Assembly: GCA_973895155.1 (NCBI GenBank)
Contig: OZ316893.1
Location: 23,644,015-23,708,014 of the forward strand
Source: Marsupella aquatica
Lineage: Eukaryota; Plantae; Marchantiophyta
Direction: 5' to 3'
Length of the DNA stretch: 64,000 nt
Position 1 is the first letter of the stretch. Every line of letters starts with the position of its first letter. The position numbers were made by a program, and so were the translations under genes. The notes under the pieces were generated by a model, which worked only from the letters and a program-made list of their open reading frames with translations, was not told the origin of the DNA and ran no database searches. Below, piece after piece: positions 35,441 to 47,820 of the stretch.

Positions 35441-38400
35441 TGTGATGCCTAGACAGGAATCACTCGGCCGGTTAAGTGGGTAAAGCAGGAAGGCACCCTA
35501 GGAACACCTTAGTATAGTGACAAAACAAGGAAAATATAAACAATTAGGGGCAACCATGGAACCCGGGCAGAGGCCGGAGGTAAGGCTGAGGGTGAAAACC
35601 CGATTAGGGTTAGGGCGCGTTAAGCGTCGGCGGCTAGGAAGGATCAACGGGAAGAAGGACCGGCAGAGGAGAGGGGTAAGGAGCGCTTGCAGGAGATGGT
35701 GGCTCATTTGCGAGCACGAACTAGGCAGACGACTACGGGAGGCCAACTACTGTCAGCTGCTTAGGCAAGCACTCGGGGAGAGAGTAGATACCGACGATCA
35801 ACCTAAGGAGGGTATGAGCAACGTCAATCAAGCGGCACATTTCTGGGGATGCCTGTTCGAACGGGCAACTGAGTACATCAAGACTTACGAGGACGAGGAG
35901 TCAGAAAGGGCAGCTCGAGAACGGCAGGAGCTCGCTCGATTGTGGGAGCTGTAGAAGACGGCTTTCTTAGGAGGCGAACTCATCAAGGACGAGTTCCTGT
36001 GGACGCCTACTTCCAATCAACTCGACGATCTTCTGTTTTGCAAAGACAGCGTCGTCGGCATCCGAGAGGCCATCAAGAATTGCAATGACATACACTGGGA
36101 ATTAAAGGGTAGCACGGAAAGGTGGACCCGGGCAACGGTGCTAGGAGAGACCTCCACGGCAGCAGAGATGAAGAGGAAGGGAGCCGTCAACGATGAAGCC
36201 ACCCCGGCAAAAAGAACGAGGTCGGCGGCACCAAAGAAGCCAGCCGAGCAGCAGAGCAGGAGGTAGGGAGAAGCCGAAGAGGAGGAGGTCGATCCCATCA
36301 AGGCCATTCCAACCAGGGATGACACCTGGAAGGGCTGGGCGGCAACCCTACCGGTGGAGGTGCAACTACATTTTGCACGGGAGGAGGATGCATGCTTTAC
36401 GGCCATGCAGACCAAGAAGTACCAAGGCTTCATGGCCGGATCCGGCTTGGAGGCCTTTGTAAGATTACCATGGCTGAAGCCGGAGGTACCGGAGTCAGAC
36501 CTATTAGAATTCGTGGGGTCATGGGAACCCGAGACCAATTGCACGAGGATATATGGGAAGGATTTCTATCTTACTCCCAAGGTGATTGCCGAAGTGTTTG
36601 GCTTGCCGATGGGCAATAAGACCAAAGTTGATACCAGGAAGACCTTGCCTGACAAGGAGTTCCGGTCGTTCCCCGGGCCATCAACGAAGAATGGCTTCTT
36701 CCGGAACACCTGCACCAACCCGCACATAGGAGAGAGATGATCGACTTCTTGCGGGTGACCATGCATTGTAACTTGCCGAGGGCAGAGATCGGCAAGGCAC
36801 AGGTCTATCTGGCAGAAAGGCCAGACCCAAGCCGGGACTACAACGGGTACCTCCTCAACCAATTGAAGAAGATCTTAAAGGAGGAGCAGCAGGTAATCGG
36901 CATGGGGAGCGTGTCGCGGCTTGGCTATCACATGCCGCTGTTGTGCCGGTATGCCAGAGGTCAGACTTTTGCCCCGGTACTTCCCCTGCAGGTAAGGGCA
37001 CCCGAGGAAGCTCCAACGCCGAGGCCGTTGGCTGAGAAGCCTCAACCACCTGTTAGTCCTACGATCGAGCAGGTGTTTAGGCCCAGGAAGGAAGACTTGC
37101 CGATGCAGCAACCAGGCATGCAGAGTCTGCTGAAACTACTGGAGAAAGAAAAGAAATCGGCATCGGCAAAAACAACGGCAACGGCAACAATGCAGGACAC
37201 TACTACAGAGGTAGGCCTACACCGGCTCACAAGAGAAAACCCCTTTGCTGGAGACAAGGAGAGAATCAGGCCGGAATCCAAGCCAGGTGTTCGAATGTAC
37301 GTGGGAACCTCAAGCTCCGAATCTGAGGCAGAATTGCCTGAAGCTCCTACCAACGAAGAGGAGAGGGAGAAGCCGGAAATCCAAGAGGTAGAGGAGGCAG
37401 TGGAGGACTGCAGCCATGATAATTCCGGCTATGGGTCGGACCATCACGTTCCAGGAGTAAGGACCTGTGGCCGGTTTGTCCCCACACTTCCAAGGGTAGT
37501 GCGAGGGGACCCCAACCAGCAGAGTAGCCCTGAGTCTCCCCCACCAGATGTTGCTCCCCCGAGCTTCGACGGCATAAAACAGATGGTGCAGGAATTTCAG
37601 GAGCGAATCAAGCAAGAGGAAGAGGCCGCCCTGGCTAAGGAAAAGGATTTACCAGGAGGAGATTGGCCGGAGGACATCAGGCGGCTAGCCGAAAAAGGAA
37701 GCAAACCTCTAGCCACGATTGAAGAGATCCGCAGGATGGCTTGGGAGCAGAGGCCACGATGGGCGATGCCGATCACTTCTACTTACTCCACCTACGCTAA
37801 GAATAGAGCCATGGAGTATGGTGAGATGTGTGGGGAACTTGCGCTCGGCATCTTTGGAGAGGAGTTGGAGGTAGGACCCTTTTTCCATAGGGAGCAGTTG
37901 GAGAAGCACCAATTAGAAGAAGCGGTGGCTTTAGAGAGAAGCAAGAAGGACGAGGTCATTCGGCGGCTTAGGAGGATGGAAGCCGAGATTGAAGATCTAA
38001 GGGCGGCCAAGAAAGCCCAAGATGAACTGCGGATTAAACGACATGAGCTGAACATCATGCAGGGGCAGTTGGACGCCGCGCAGGCTGATAATCAGAATAT
38101 CAAGGATAAACTAACTCAGACGCAGGAAGAGTTGGCCGACACGATCAAAGAAAGGGAAAAGTGGAAGCAAGAGCTGAAGAATATAGAGGAGGCCCACATA
38201 ACAGCCAACAGCCGGGCCATGGCGGAGACCCAAAGAAAGGAATGGGCGTTGAAAGGGGAGCTCGAGAAAATCCGCGGAGCCCTTGAGCAGAAGGAGGTCG
38301 AGTTAGGGAAATCCTATCAAGGGATTATGGCGCTGCAGCAGGAGCTTGCGTCCCTGACGGCCAGCTTCAAGGCCGACCTAAGGGAGAAGGACGAGATGCT

Positions 38401-40102
38401 CGAACAGACTTACGCCAAGATGAACCAGATGGAGTCTGTCATCATTGCAGAGCTCGACAAGGAGCTAAGAGCAACCCAGGAGGAGAAGGCTACCTTGAAG
38501 AAGGAATTGGAGGAAGCCCACAGGGAGCAGGAGGAGGCCAAAAACGAGCTGGAGGGGGCACATAAGGACCTGGATGAAACCCAAGAGGAGTTGGAGGAAA
38601 TCACGAGGAAGATGGAGAACCTACAGCGGCGGGCCGACAACCAAACAGAGCGGCTGAAGAAACAAGCCGCAGTATTTAAATGCTTAGCTGCAGCAGGTCC
38701 ATCTCCTGTTGGGACAAACCAGTTACCAGGGGTGGTAATTGCCGAAGGACAAGCCGCGCCACCTGCACCAGTGCCGGAAGTAAGTGGGAAGGGGAAGGGA
38801 CCAGCTGCCAAGCCACCAACGAAGAAGAAGCGGAAACCTTCAGGGTCAAGGAGTAATACGACTTCACAGGCCGTGGTGATCAAGGAGGTAGACCCAGCAC
38901 CGACCCCAGACAGGGTCACGGCTAAGGATCCAACTACCCTAGGGGAAGGGGAAGCCGAAGCCGTGGGAGTGGCTGAAGCCGAAGCCGTGGGAGTGGCTGA
39001 GGCCGAAGCCGTGGGTATTGCCGAGGCCGGTGTCGAGGCTGAAGCCGAAGGTGGACCCAGTCAGGCCGATGGAGAGTTGACTCGGTCAAGGGCAGGTAAT
39101 CTGTCAGTAGGCGGGCCAACGGCAGTGGCTGAGGAGGAAGTGTTGGGGGCGTCCATTGAGGATCCACCACCGGTGTCGTGACGGTGCAAGGGCGCCGTTC
39201 CTTTTAGGGAGGGCGGACGTGGAGGGAGGAGGCATGAGTGGGCAGGGCGGGCACGGATCTCCACGTTTAGGATTAGGATCAGAACCAGGAGCGGCCCTGA
39301 CACTTAGCTTAGTGGGATTGCGGTCCCACTGGTAGGAGCAACACTTGTGCTCCTGCCTTGCTGTACATAGGTAGATTCGGGCAAGTAGATTACTGTTAAG
39401 TAGATTAGGCTTACGATGCAAAGAATGGCGGATCCACTACCAGGATAAGTACCTGGGCAGCGGGGAGCTCAGGGCCTCTTCTTTAGCAAGTTTTTAGTTT
39501 GCACCAGCCGGGCTGGGATCAAGTAGTACGAGAAGCTCTCGGTTAGTCATACAGTGACCCTTGTGTATATTCATGTTTCCTCATGCCTAAGAGCTGAATA
39601 GAGTTGGCCTCACGGCTTAGTTCGCAGAACTTGTGTATGAGATGTACTGTTTGTATGGCAAGTGCATGGTATGACTCAGTCAGAATGAGTCATTTTGCTA
39701 TTTGTGTGTCGCATTAACTTGTGTGAAGAGTGCCCACATCAACAGAAGGAAGGAAAGTAAGCAGGGGAGTGAGAGTTGGATGTGTCGAGCTGAGAGAGGT
39801 CTTAGCGGCTTAACCAAGCCTATTGGGGATCATTCCGGCTGCGGAATCCAAACATACCTAACAAGACGGAGGGGAAGACAGGGGAAGACAGGGGAAGGCC
39901 TATATTAGGCCGGCTACGTATCTCATGACCCGATGAAGGATCTGTCCAGTATATGTGTGTAAAATGTTAATAGTAGTAGTAGAAGGTTAGCAGCGTCCCA
40001 TGCCGCTAAGCCGCGGAAACGGCCTCGCCAAGCACGAAACCTGCGGGAATCGGCTTGAGCTGGGGGGTTTCTTGGGTTTAGGGAGCCATGGGACGCACCA
40101 CA
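35441..40102 (+). mobile_element. Solo-LTR-like element family B, inner copy (4,662 bp) nested in its own family
   Basis: TGTGATGC...GCACCACA termini and 5-bp TSD CGCGC (35436-35440 and 40103-40107). Confidence 0.92.
35556..39181 (+). pseudogene. Long retrotransposon accessory ORF (~1,200 codons; PTTA-like domain + long coiled coil)
   Basis: One frame with TAG at 35952 and 36264 (both CAG in the outer copy) and a +2 frameshift at ~36730. Contains FMAGSGLEAFVRLPW...LLEFVGSW...IYGKDFYLTPKVIAEVFGLPMG. Confidence 0.65.
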
Positions 40103-41636
40103 CGCGCTAAGCATCGGCGGCTAGGGGTAACCAACGGGAGGAAAGACCAGAGGAGGAGAGGGGTAAGGACCGCTCGCGAGGAATGGTGGCTCATTTGCAA
40201 GCATGAACTGGGCAGACGACTACGGAAGGCCAACTACTGTCAACTGCTTAGGCAAGCACTCTGGGCGGGAGCAGATACCAACAATCGACTCAAGGAGGGT
40301 ATGAGCAACGTCAATCAAGCGGCACATTTTTGGGGATGCCTGTTTGAACGGGCAACTGAGTACATTAGGACTTACGAGGACGAAGAATCGGAGAGAGTAG
40401 CTTGAGAACGGTAGGAGCTCGCTTGACTGTGGGAGCTGCAGAAGTCTGCCTTCTTAGGAGGAGAACTCATCAAGGCCGAGTTCTTGTGGACTCCTACTAC
40501 CAATCAGCTCGATGATCTTTTGTTTTGCGAAGACAGACTCGTCGGCATTCGGGAAGCCATCAACCGCTACAACGACGGGCACTGGGAGTTGAAGGGTAGC
40601 ACGAAGGGGTGGACAAAGGCAACTATGCTAGGAGAAACATCCACGACAGACGAGATGAAGAGGAAAGGAAACAACAACGAAGAGGCCACCCCGGCAAAAA
40701 GAACGAGGTCGGCGGCACCAAGGAAAACACGATTTCGGACCGACCAAGAAGTGTGTTGGAGTTCTCGTTTAACCCGATCCCGTTTTTTTCTAAGGCAATG
40801 CAATGACCGATAAAATTGGAAAAAACTCTCTGAAACGCCACTTTCCTCCATTGCATCGCCGCGGGAATGCAGGGAGCGATATGTGCATCGGGTTTTACAT
40901 TTCGTCAGTGAAAAAGTCCAAATTGCGAGTAACTTGGTCCGAACCGCATAATCCAGGAACGACCACGCACTAACCCAGGTAAAGGGGAAAATTAACCATG
41001 GTTAAGGGGAAATTAACCATGGTTTAGAGCGTCTCCTATATAAAGAGGAGCGGGCTGCCCATAAAACGTTTGCTTTTGCCAGAGCAAATATCTCTTGACT
41101 GAGAGCGAATACCAAACTCCCATCAAGTCTTACATTCCTCCCAAGCGATTCGACTCTTTCTACCGAAAACCCAATAAATTTATCGAAATAGCCATTCCTG
41201 TTCAAGTTCTCCATGTAAGACTAACTAGTCATTTAGTGTAAAATGTCCAGATCCGAGCGGAATGCGATAAATTTATCGCATTTTGCATTCCTCTGTTGCA
41301 ATCATTTGATCCAGTGTTTAGAGAGGTGTTGCCTTCATTCCGATAAATTTATCGGAGTCTTCATTCCTTTCATGGAAAGAGGAGTAATTGAGAATCCGAT
41401 AAATTTATCGGAGTTGTCATTTTTGTGAAAGATTGAATTCAGGGGTTAGGTGTCTGAGGAAGTCATATTTCAATTCGAATGCGGAGTGCGATAAACTTAT
41501 CGCATCCTCCTGTGAGAATCATTTTCCTTTGTTTTGTTTGGAGACTCATCTTCATCTCTGATGTCGCAGTGTTGCCGGGTTTAGGAGGCACAACGGAAGG
41601 TCGATTGCACTCCGTGGACAACAGGTATTGTGACAA

Positions 41637-41963
41637 ATGGCTGTCTTCCTTGAAAATCGTGTCAAACGTGCACACCGTTTGTACAAGAGACTCGTGCGAC
41701 TCAAAGTTCTCCCCATCGGTATAGGAGCATTGTGGATGGGTGGTACTGATCCTGGAGATAGGCAGAATCCTCTCCGCATTGAATTCTACGGAATGAATGA
41801 TGCAGGAGTTCCAATTCATTCGAGGTTGATGTTAACGGCGTGTTTACATTTGGAGTTTTCTTGTAACTATTGTTGTCGTCATCTTGACAACAAGTACCAC
41901 AAACAGGCTCACTTCTGTTGTAAGATTTGGAACGAAGACCCTTGGGTGAACCTTTCACGATGA
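41637..41963 (+). CDS. Small Cys/His-containing cargo ORF, unknown function
   Basis: 108-aa ATG ORF (CNYCCRH...HFCC) lying between palindrome clusters. No recognised family. Confidence 0.3.
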   Translation: MAVFLENRVKRAHRLYKRLVRLKVLPIGIGALWMGGTDPGDRQNPLRIEFYGMNDAGVPIHSRLMLTACLHLEFSCNYCCRHLDNKYHKQAHFCCKIWNEDPWVNLSR

Positions 41964-42157
41964 GTGTTTCGACCTTTTCATTGAGGCACGTCTTGGAAGG
42001 ACATATTTAAATAAACAAGTCCTACCCTTGCGCAGCGAATATAATACGTCATGAGTCCTAATCGTTAAACTGTCGTGCAGGGTTGGTACTGTGGATGTGT
42101 TCGGTTACACCTGGTGATTGAAGGTATTTTTATTGGTGGTTTTGGTAGCTCTGCTTC

Positions 42158-42700
42158 ATGGCTGCATCGGAGAATCTAATCGTTGCAAAGATGGGATCCG
42201 TTTTAGCCCACGAGCGTAGGAAATATATTCGAGGAAAAGTGCCCGGTGTGGAATGCGGAAGTTTGTTGAATGGACTTCCCGATGAACTCGTTGAATCTCA
42301 CATTTGGCCCCTCCTAGCCTTGTCTTGCACACAAGATGAACACCTTGGCCTTGACCTAAAACTTCTACCAGAAGAACGACTGACTCGAATGAGAACAATC
42401 ATTTGTCTTGGAGCCACCTCGAAGAAATGGAACCATCTTGTTGTTGGTACACGATTTTGGGCGCTATTGAAATATGCAGTCCGTGAGATCAATGACATAA
42501 ACAAAATGCTCGCAAGCATTCCTAATGCCGACCTTCTCTCAAACCTACATATTGCTAGGGTCTTCCGAGAGGAAACTCATTTCCTCCCTCCCATAGATAT
42601 GCTTGGGTGCTTTTCGTATGAGCAGTTAGATCAGTTTCGTAGAGTTTGGATAAATCTTGGAGAAAGCGGGAAGCGGACAATTCTTGCATGGCATGGATGA
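42158..42700 (+). CDS. F-box-like cargo protein
   Basis: SLLNGLPDELVESHIWPLL...IICLGATSKKWNHLV matches the F-box consensus with an insertion. Confidence 0.55.
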   Translation: MAASENLIVAKMGSVLAHERRKYIRGKVPGVECGSLLNGLPDELVESHIWPLLALSCTQDEHLGLDLKLLPEERLTRMRTIICLGATSKKWNHLVVGTRFWALLKYAVREINDINKMLASIPNADLLSNLHIARVFREETHFLPPIDMLGCFSYEQLDQFRRVWINLGESGKRTILAWHG

Positions 42701-42998
42701 GTCTGAGTGGATGAGGCATTGCTGCGAACATCCGATAAATTTATCACACTCCTCATTCCTCTAGTCAATTTTGGGTGCTTGTAAAGAAACACTTTGAATA
42801 TAATTGACTCTCCCTCCCCTGACTTCGGGTTGTGTGGTCCAGAGTGTATTTGTTTGCGCCTCTTCGGACGATTAGCTGACAAGTGCATTGGCTTCACAGC
42901 CCGTTATACAAGGTACTGTAAAGTTGGATGAAACTTGTAGAATTGTAATTAGTATGTTCTCCAAAATTTATTCCTGATTTCTATTCGGTGATCAGGCC

Positions 42999-43472
42999 AT
43001 GCTCGAGCGACGCATTTTTGTACCCTACCCGGATCCTCCAGAATGGGGGAATGGAGCCATGCTGGACCAGCTAAGGAGGCTGGATGAGTCACTAATTTTA
43101 AAGATATGCAGGCTGGTAGTAAAACCGTTTTACCATAACGCATTTCACTTCTACGTAGATCAGGTAGGGGGAGAAATTTATATTCGGTGGGATAGATATG
43201 TTGGATTTTCTAGAAGAGTTATCCTACTCTTTCTGAAAACCGGTGCAGTAAGATGTTTTATACTCCACTACTGTCATGTTGTGAAGGGCAATCCTGCTTA
43301 TGAGCCAGAATTCTATGCCGACAACAGACGTAGAGCATTCGATGAGATTCAGGATGTGATTGACAAGCTGGACAATCCTCTTGCCACCAAGTTTTTTATT
43401 GACACTGGTGGGAAACTATATTCATACAAGATTCGTCAACTCCCCCCCCCAGCCGGTCTATGGGCTCTTTAA
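42999..43472 (+). CDS. Cargo ORF with a weak F-box-like N-terminus
   Basis: LDQLRRLDESLILKICRLV; 157 aa, ATG start. Confidence 0.35.
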   Translation: MLERRIFVPYPDPPEWGNGAMLDQLRRLDESLILKICRLVVKPFYHNAFHFYVDQVGGEIYIRWDRYVGFSRRVILLFLKTGAVRCFILHYCHVVKGNPAYEPEFYADNRRRAFDEIQDVIDKLDNPLATKFFIDTGGKLYSYKIRQLPPPAGLWAL

Positions 43473-43933
43473 CTTGATCTATGTAAGTTGCCTGTGGACG
43501 AACGTCCTTGCCAATGGTGAGATCTGTCCATGCTGCACAAATGTTTGTTGTGACATTCCGTCACGCCGGTATTCAGTAGCAGTAGTGAATCCTGAGACTG
43601 GTGAAGTTGATTTCCATTGGCTGTGGGCTTATGATCATCGCGTCACTCATATTCCCCAATGGCCCAAGAAGTGGATCGAACGCTTCGCTCTGGCGAGGTT
43701 CAACTATGATTAGGGTTTAGGTTTAGGGGTTAAGGTTTTGGATTTAGGGTTTCGTAGCTGATTCTTTGACCTGTACACTCGGCCATCAATTTAAAGAAGG
43801 CTCACTTTTGCGATAATTTTATCGGTCTCTTTGTCCTTGTGTGATGAGATGTCGTGTCCACATGTGCTGTGAGATTGGCGGCGATAATTTTATCGCTCTT
43901 TGCATTGGAATTTGTTTATTTGCAGACTTTTCC

Positions 43934-46900
43934 ATGGCTGCTAGTGGAAAGAGTGGATCTGCTGAGGCAGAAAGTCTCATGACAAGCCTCACCAATGCAA
44001 TTTGGACAAGTGAAGACATTTGTGAAGAGGTCAAGTGTATCAAGAAGTCATGGTACTTCCGTGACGCCAGATTACAGTCCACGGGTTTTGAAGACTGTGC
44101 TACCCCAATCCTTTGGGTCCAGTTGCAAAAATTGGCGAAGGTTAATGTTTCGTATGGCCCTGTCATTGCTGTTGCCGTCGTCGAGTTCATGGTTGGCCAC
44201 GGGGAGGGAAAAGTGTTGACAGAGGGCCTTAGTTTCTTGAAAATGTGTGGGCGCAAGGGTTTCACATCTCTCATTGTTACTCTTGATAACTTTGATGAGA
44301 AATCGATGGACAGTTATCCAGAAGATCCCCTTGTTGCCGAAGTTCGGGCAGCAAGAGAGATGAATGTTATGGGTTTGGCTTGGATCGGCCATTATGTGCA
44401 AGATTGTGATGCCATCATGCTTCCAAGGGTGAACGCAGAGTACAAGAGACTTGTGGGTGAAGAGTTCAAACCTGTCCGCAAAATTGTTTTCAAGAAACCA
44501 GGTTCAAGTGGCAGCGGTGGTTCTAATGCCGATAAAATATCGGGGCGGAAAGAACCATTGCAATCCTCTACACATATTGATGTGGACAAACCTACAACTT
44601 CTGGTCGGGTTTCGGGAAGTGGAAAAGGGAAAGGGAGAGGTAGCGGCAGGGGAGATGCCGCGGGAACCTCTGACGGTGGGAAGAAGAGCCAGGAAACTGG
44701 CGGTAGTGGGAGAGGCCGGGGCAACCGTCGAGGACCATCCATTAAACCAAGCAAAAGTAAAGGATCCGAGGGATCCGGGCCATCTGGTTCTGGACTTAGC
44801 ACAAAGAGGAAGAGGACTGGCTGGACTGAGACGGTGGCTGCAGAAGTAGATAGAGCTCCGTCAATTCCATCAATTCCAGTCGCGGTTCCTGCGGCGCCAT
44901 TGGTAAGTACTACGTCGTTGTACTGTTTAACAAGTACGAAATCCGATAAAAATCTCGTTGTTTATTTCCTAAATTGCGGATTGTGGAGTTATGTTGAACA
45001 AATGCGAACTCCGATAAAAATCTCGCAGTTTCTTTCCTTAATTGAATTTGCAACGCTTTTGTAGGCTGATCAGGAGGAGGAGACGGCTCTTTCGATGTAT
45101 AAGACGGACGCAATCAAGGCAGAGCTCAGTCTTCTGATGCAATGAAGGGTGCAAAGGACAACTGTGCTTTTGCATGTCGACAATCTCATATTTGATGAGG
45201 AGGGGGATTTGTCAACTTTGATTAGACCAATGGATAGATTGTATGTGGAAAATATCAAGATACTTCTCATGAAAAACCCCACCAACTTCAGTGCCCCGTT
45301 CGTGCTGTGTGTGGATCCGAAGGATTGTCCCACAACCGCAGATTGGGACATCCTGAAGTCAAGGGTATGGAAGTATAGAATTATTGGAGGGAATCATGGT
45401 GCTCGGGCAAAGTTCGAGTTGTTTAAAATGTACGGGAAGCAAATATATGGTGAGCTGGAAGCTTGGGTTTACGCTGGGCTTACGAGATCCGAGGTCCGAA
45501 AGTTAGGCTTCCAGCATAACTATGACCAGGAGTATCGGAAGAACATGACTAAAATTGACCAAGTTTGCGCTTGTCACAATATTTTCCTTGAAATGGGTGT
45601 GGGCTCGACTAAAGATGTCCGCAAAGCATGTTGTCAAGAATGCATGATGGAGTACACGCCAGGAGTTCGTGACTCCATGGCCAAACATGATCCGGCTTTC
45701 CAAATTGCTTTCCGAACAGGTGAATTTGGGATCTTCAGGAGAAGATTTTCCAGATGTGGGAGAAAGGTATTGTCTTAGGACAACCCAAAAAAATTGTGGC
45801 AACGATGAACGCAAAGGGAAAGGTAAAACCTTTGACGGTAAGGGAGATTAAAATGAATAAACTTGCTGGTGACCTCAACTTAAATTCATTTCGAGGTCTC
45901 CAAGGACTGTCAAATAAGGAGCATGTCAAGCGTCTCTTGAATAGGGTTATCGGGAAGGTGATCACTTTGGATCAAATGCACAAGGAAGGTGAGAAGTTGA
46001 AAAAGCTTGCCAAGGTGAAGAAACTATTTTTGCAGATATCTGGTCAGCCAGATTGGGCAACATGCAGAGAAATGTTTCCCAACAAAACAGATCTCTCGGT
46101 CCTTGGCATATGGGCGGAGAAATTGAGTGACGCGGTAAGCATTCCTCTCACAGCATGCTCTATCGCGAGATTTTTATCGGCTTTAGCATTCCTTTGTTGG
46201 TTTCTAAGCGATTGCATCTATCAGCTAGCGTGCTCCATCGCGATATTTTTATCGGCTTTAGCATTCCTTTGTTGGTTTCTAAGCGATTTCATCTATTGGC
46301 TAGCGTGCTCCATCGCGACATTTTTATCGGCTTTAGCATTCATCTCACGCTATTCTAACTGTAGATGTGTCTGACATTCTTACAGCTGAAGATTAATTCA
46401 AAAAGGAAAAGCAAAGTGGTTCCGGCTGTCACTTATAATTCTGCGGGGGAGGTTATTGTTCCCTCAGCTGAAATCCCTTATATGTTTAAGAATTTTGTGC
46501 TTACTGCAATCGATAAGTACAATCGGCTGAGGTCCTTAGGCGAGGGCACAGCAGAAGCGTTTGAACAAACATGGAAAAATGCAGACGGGGATTCTTTTCC
46601 CTACTATCTCCATGTTGGTTCAAATTTTGGATTCTTTTGTTCAGCCAAGGGCTTACACCCTTGCGGTTGCGGATATTCCGTATAGTTTTAATGCTCCTGG
46701 TTCGGAGTTTGATGAAGTGGCCTTCACAGAAAAGGATATTTTAGACATGTTGACAAGTTTCTCAAAGATGACGATCGCTAAGCAGTGGAGGTTTGTTGTG
46801 ATCCATTCACTACAGCAAACGCATATGGTGATGTCTGCACTGGAGAGTGTATGCAACTGTGAGGTCGAGGCTGGAATCTGGGAGAAGACTAACATTCATG

Positions 46901-47492
46901 AGCGTCCCGCTGGAGCTCGATTGGCGTGGGGTTTTGAGAACTGGTTGATAGGTTTCTATAGCAGGAAGGCATTCGGAACATGAACATGTACAATTTCCAA
47001 CCGGATGAGTCTCGCGTCAATATCATCAAGGTTCCATGTGTAACCAAGAAGTCTGTTGATCCATTGGGATTTGTTGTGAACCCATATCAGAAGCCTGTTG
47101 GTTTGGGGGCTTGGTTTGTTTCCCATTTCTCTGAGAAAGAGGATTGGGTTATTGATCTTTGTTGTGGAACCGGATCGACATTAGCTGCTACGCTCCTCAA
47201 TTCTTGCCAGGGTTGTGCTGTTGATAAGAGTTCTGCGCAGATTGATTTTGTAAAATCCCGGATCATGATTCTGGAGTCAAACTGGAATTTATATGAAGAA
47301 TTCCAGATTGAAGGGCACGACGTTGAAGGTCATGAGATTCAACCACCAATTGCAGGCCAATTGGGTGTTCTCGGGACATCAACTTACGTAGTTGAGATCG
47401 TGAAGGAGACCGAAGAGGAACAAGAAGAAACTGAGGAAGAGCCTCCCAGAACACCAAATGAGGATGATCTCAACGACATGTTATTAGATTAG
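43934..47492 (+). pseudogene. ParB-like + beta-class N6A/N4C DNA methyltransferase fusion, degenerate
   Basis: APFVLCVDP...YRIIGGNHGARA...AWVYAGLTRSEVRKLGFQHN, YTLAVADIPYSF, IWEKTN and NPYQKPVGL...FSEKEDWVIDLCCGTGST. Introns 44903-45064 and ~46135-46386. One TGA (~45143) and frameshifts at ~45725, ~46620 and ~46970. Clearly homologous to 30764-33825. Confidence 0.85.
46150..46345. repeat. 75-bp intronic tandem repeat, each unit with a CGATAAATTTATCG-like site
   Basis: Sites at 46166, 46241 and 46316. Confidence 0.9.
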
Positions 47493-47820
47493 TTGCGTGT
47501 GCTCGTTAGGATAATGTCAATCACCAATGGAGTTGTCGATAAATTTATCGGATTCTGTATTCCATGAGGAAGAACCTTTGTCACATTTATTAATGCGATA
47601 AATTTATCGGACTTTGCATATATCGGACTATCGCGGTGTTCCTGCTGGGGGAATGGAGTTGTCGATAATCTTATCGAACAGCATTGTATTCTCTAACTGG
47701 TTTGTCATTGCAATTATTTAAAAAAAAAGATATCATTATAGCTGCGGAGTACATAGTCCCAGAATGATAACCACTGTACATATTCATGGGAACGATAACC
47801 ATTATAATTTAAACCTGAAA

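Noticed and set aside
36737-39181. SMC/myosin-like host gene
   Set aside because: The similarity is generic coiled coil only, with no ATPase motifs, and the ORF lies within a TSD-flanked repeat present twice.
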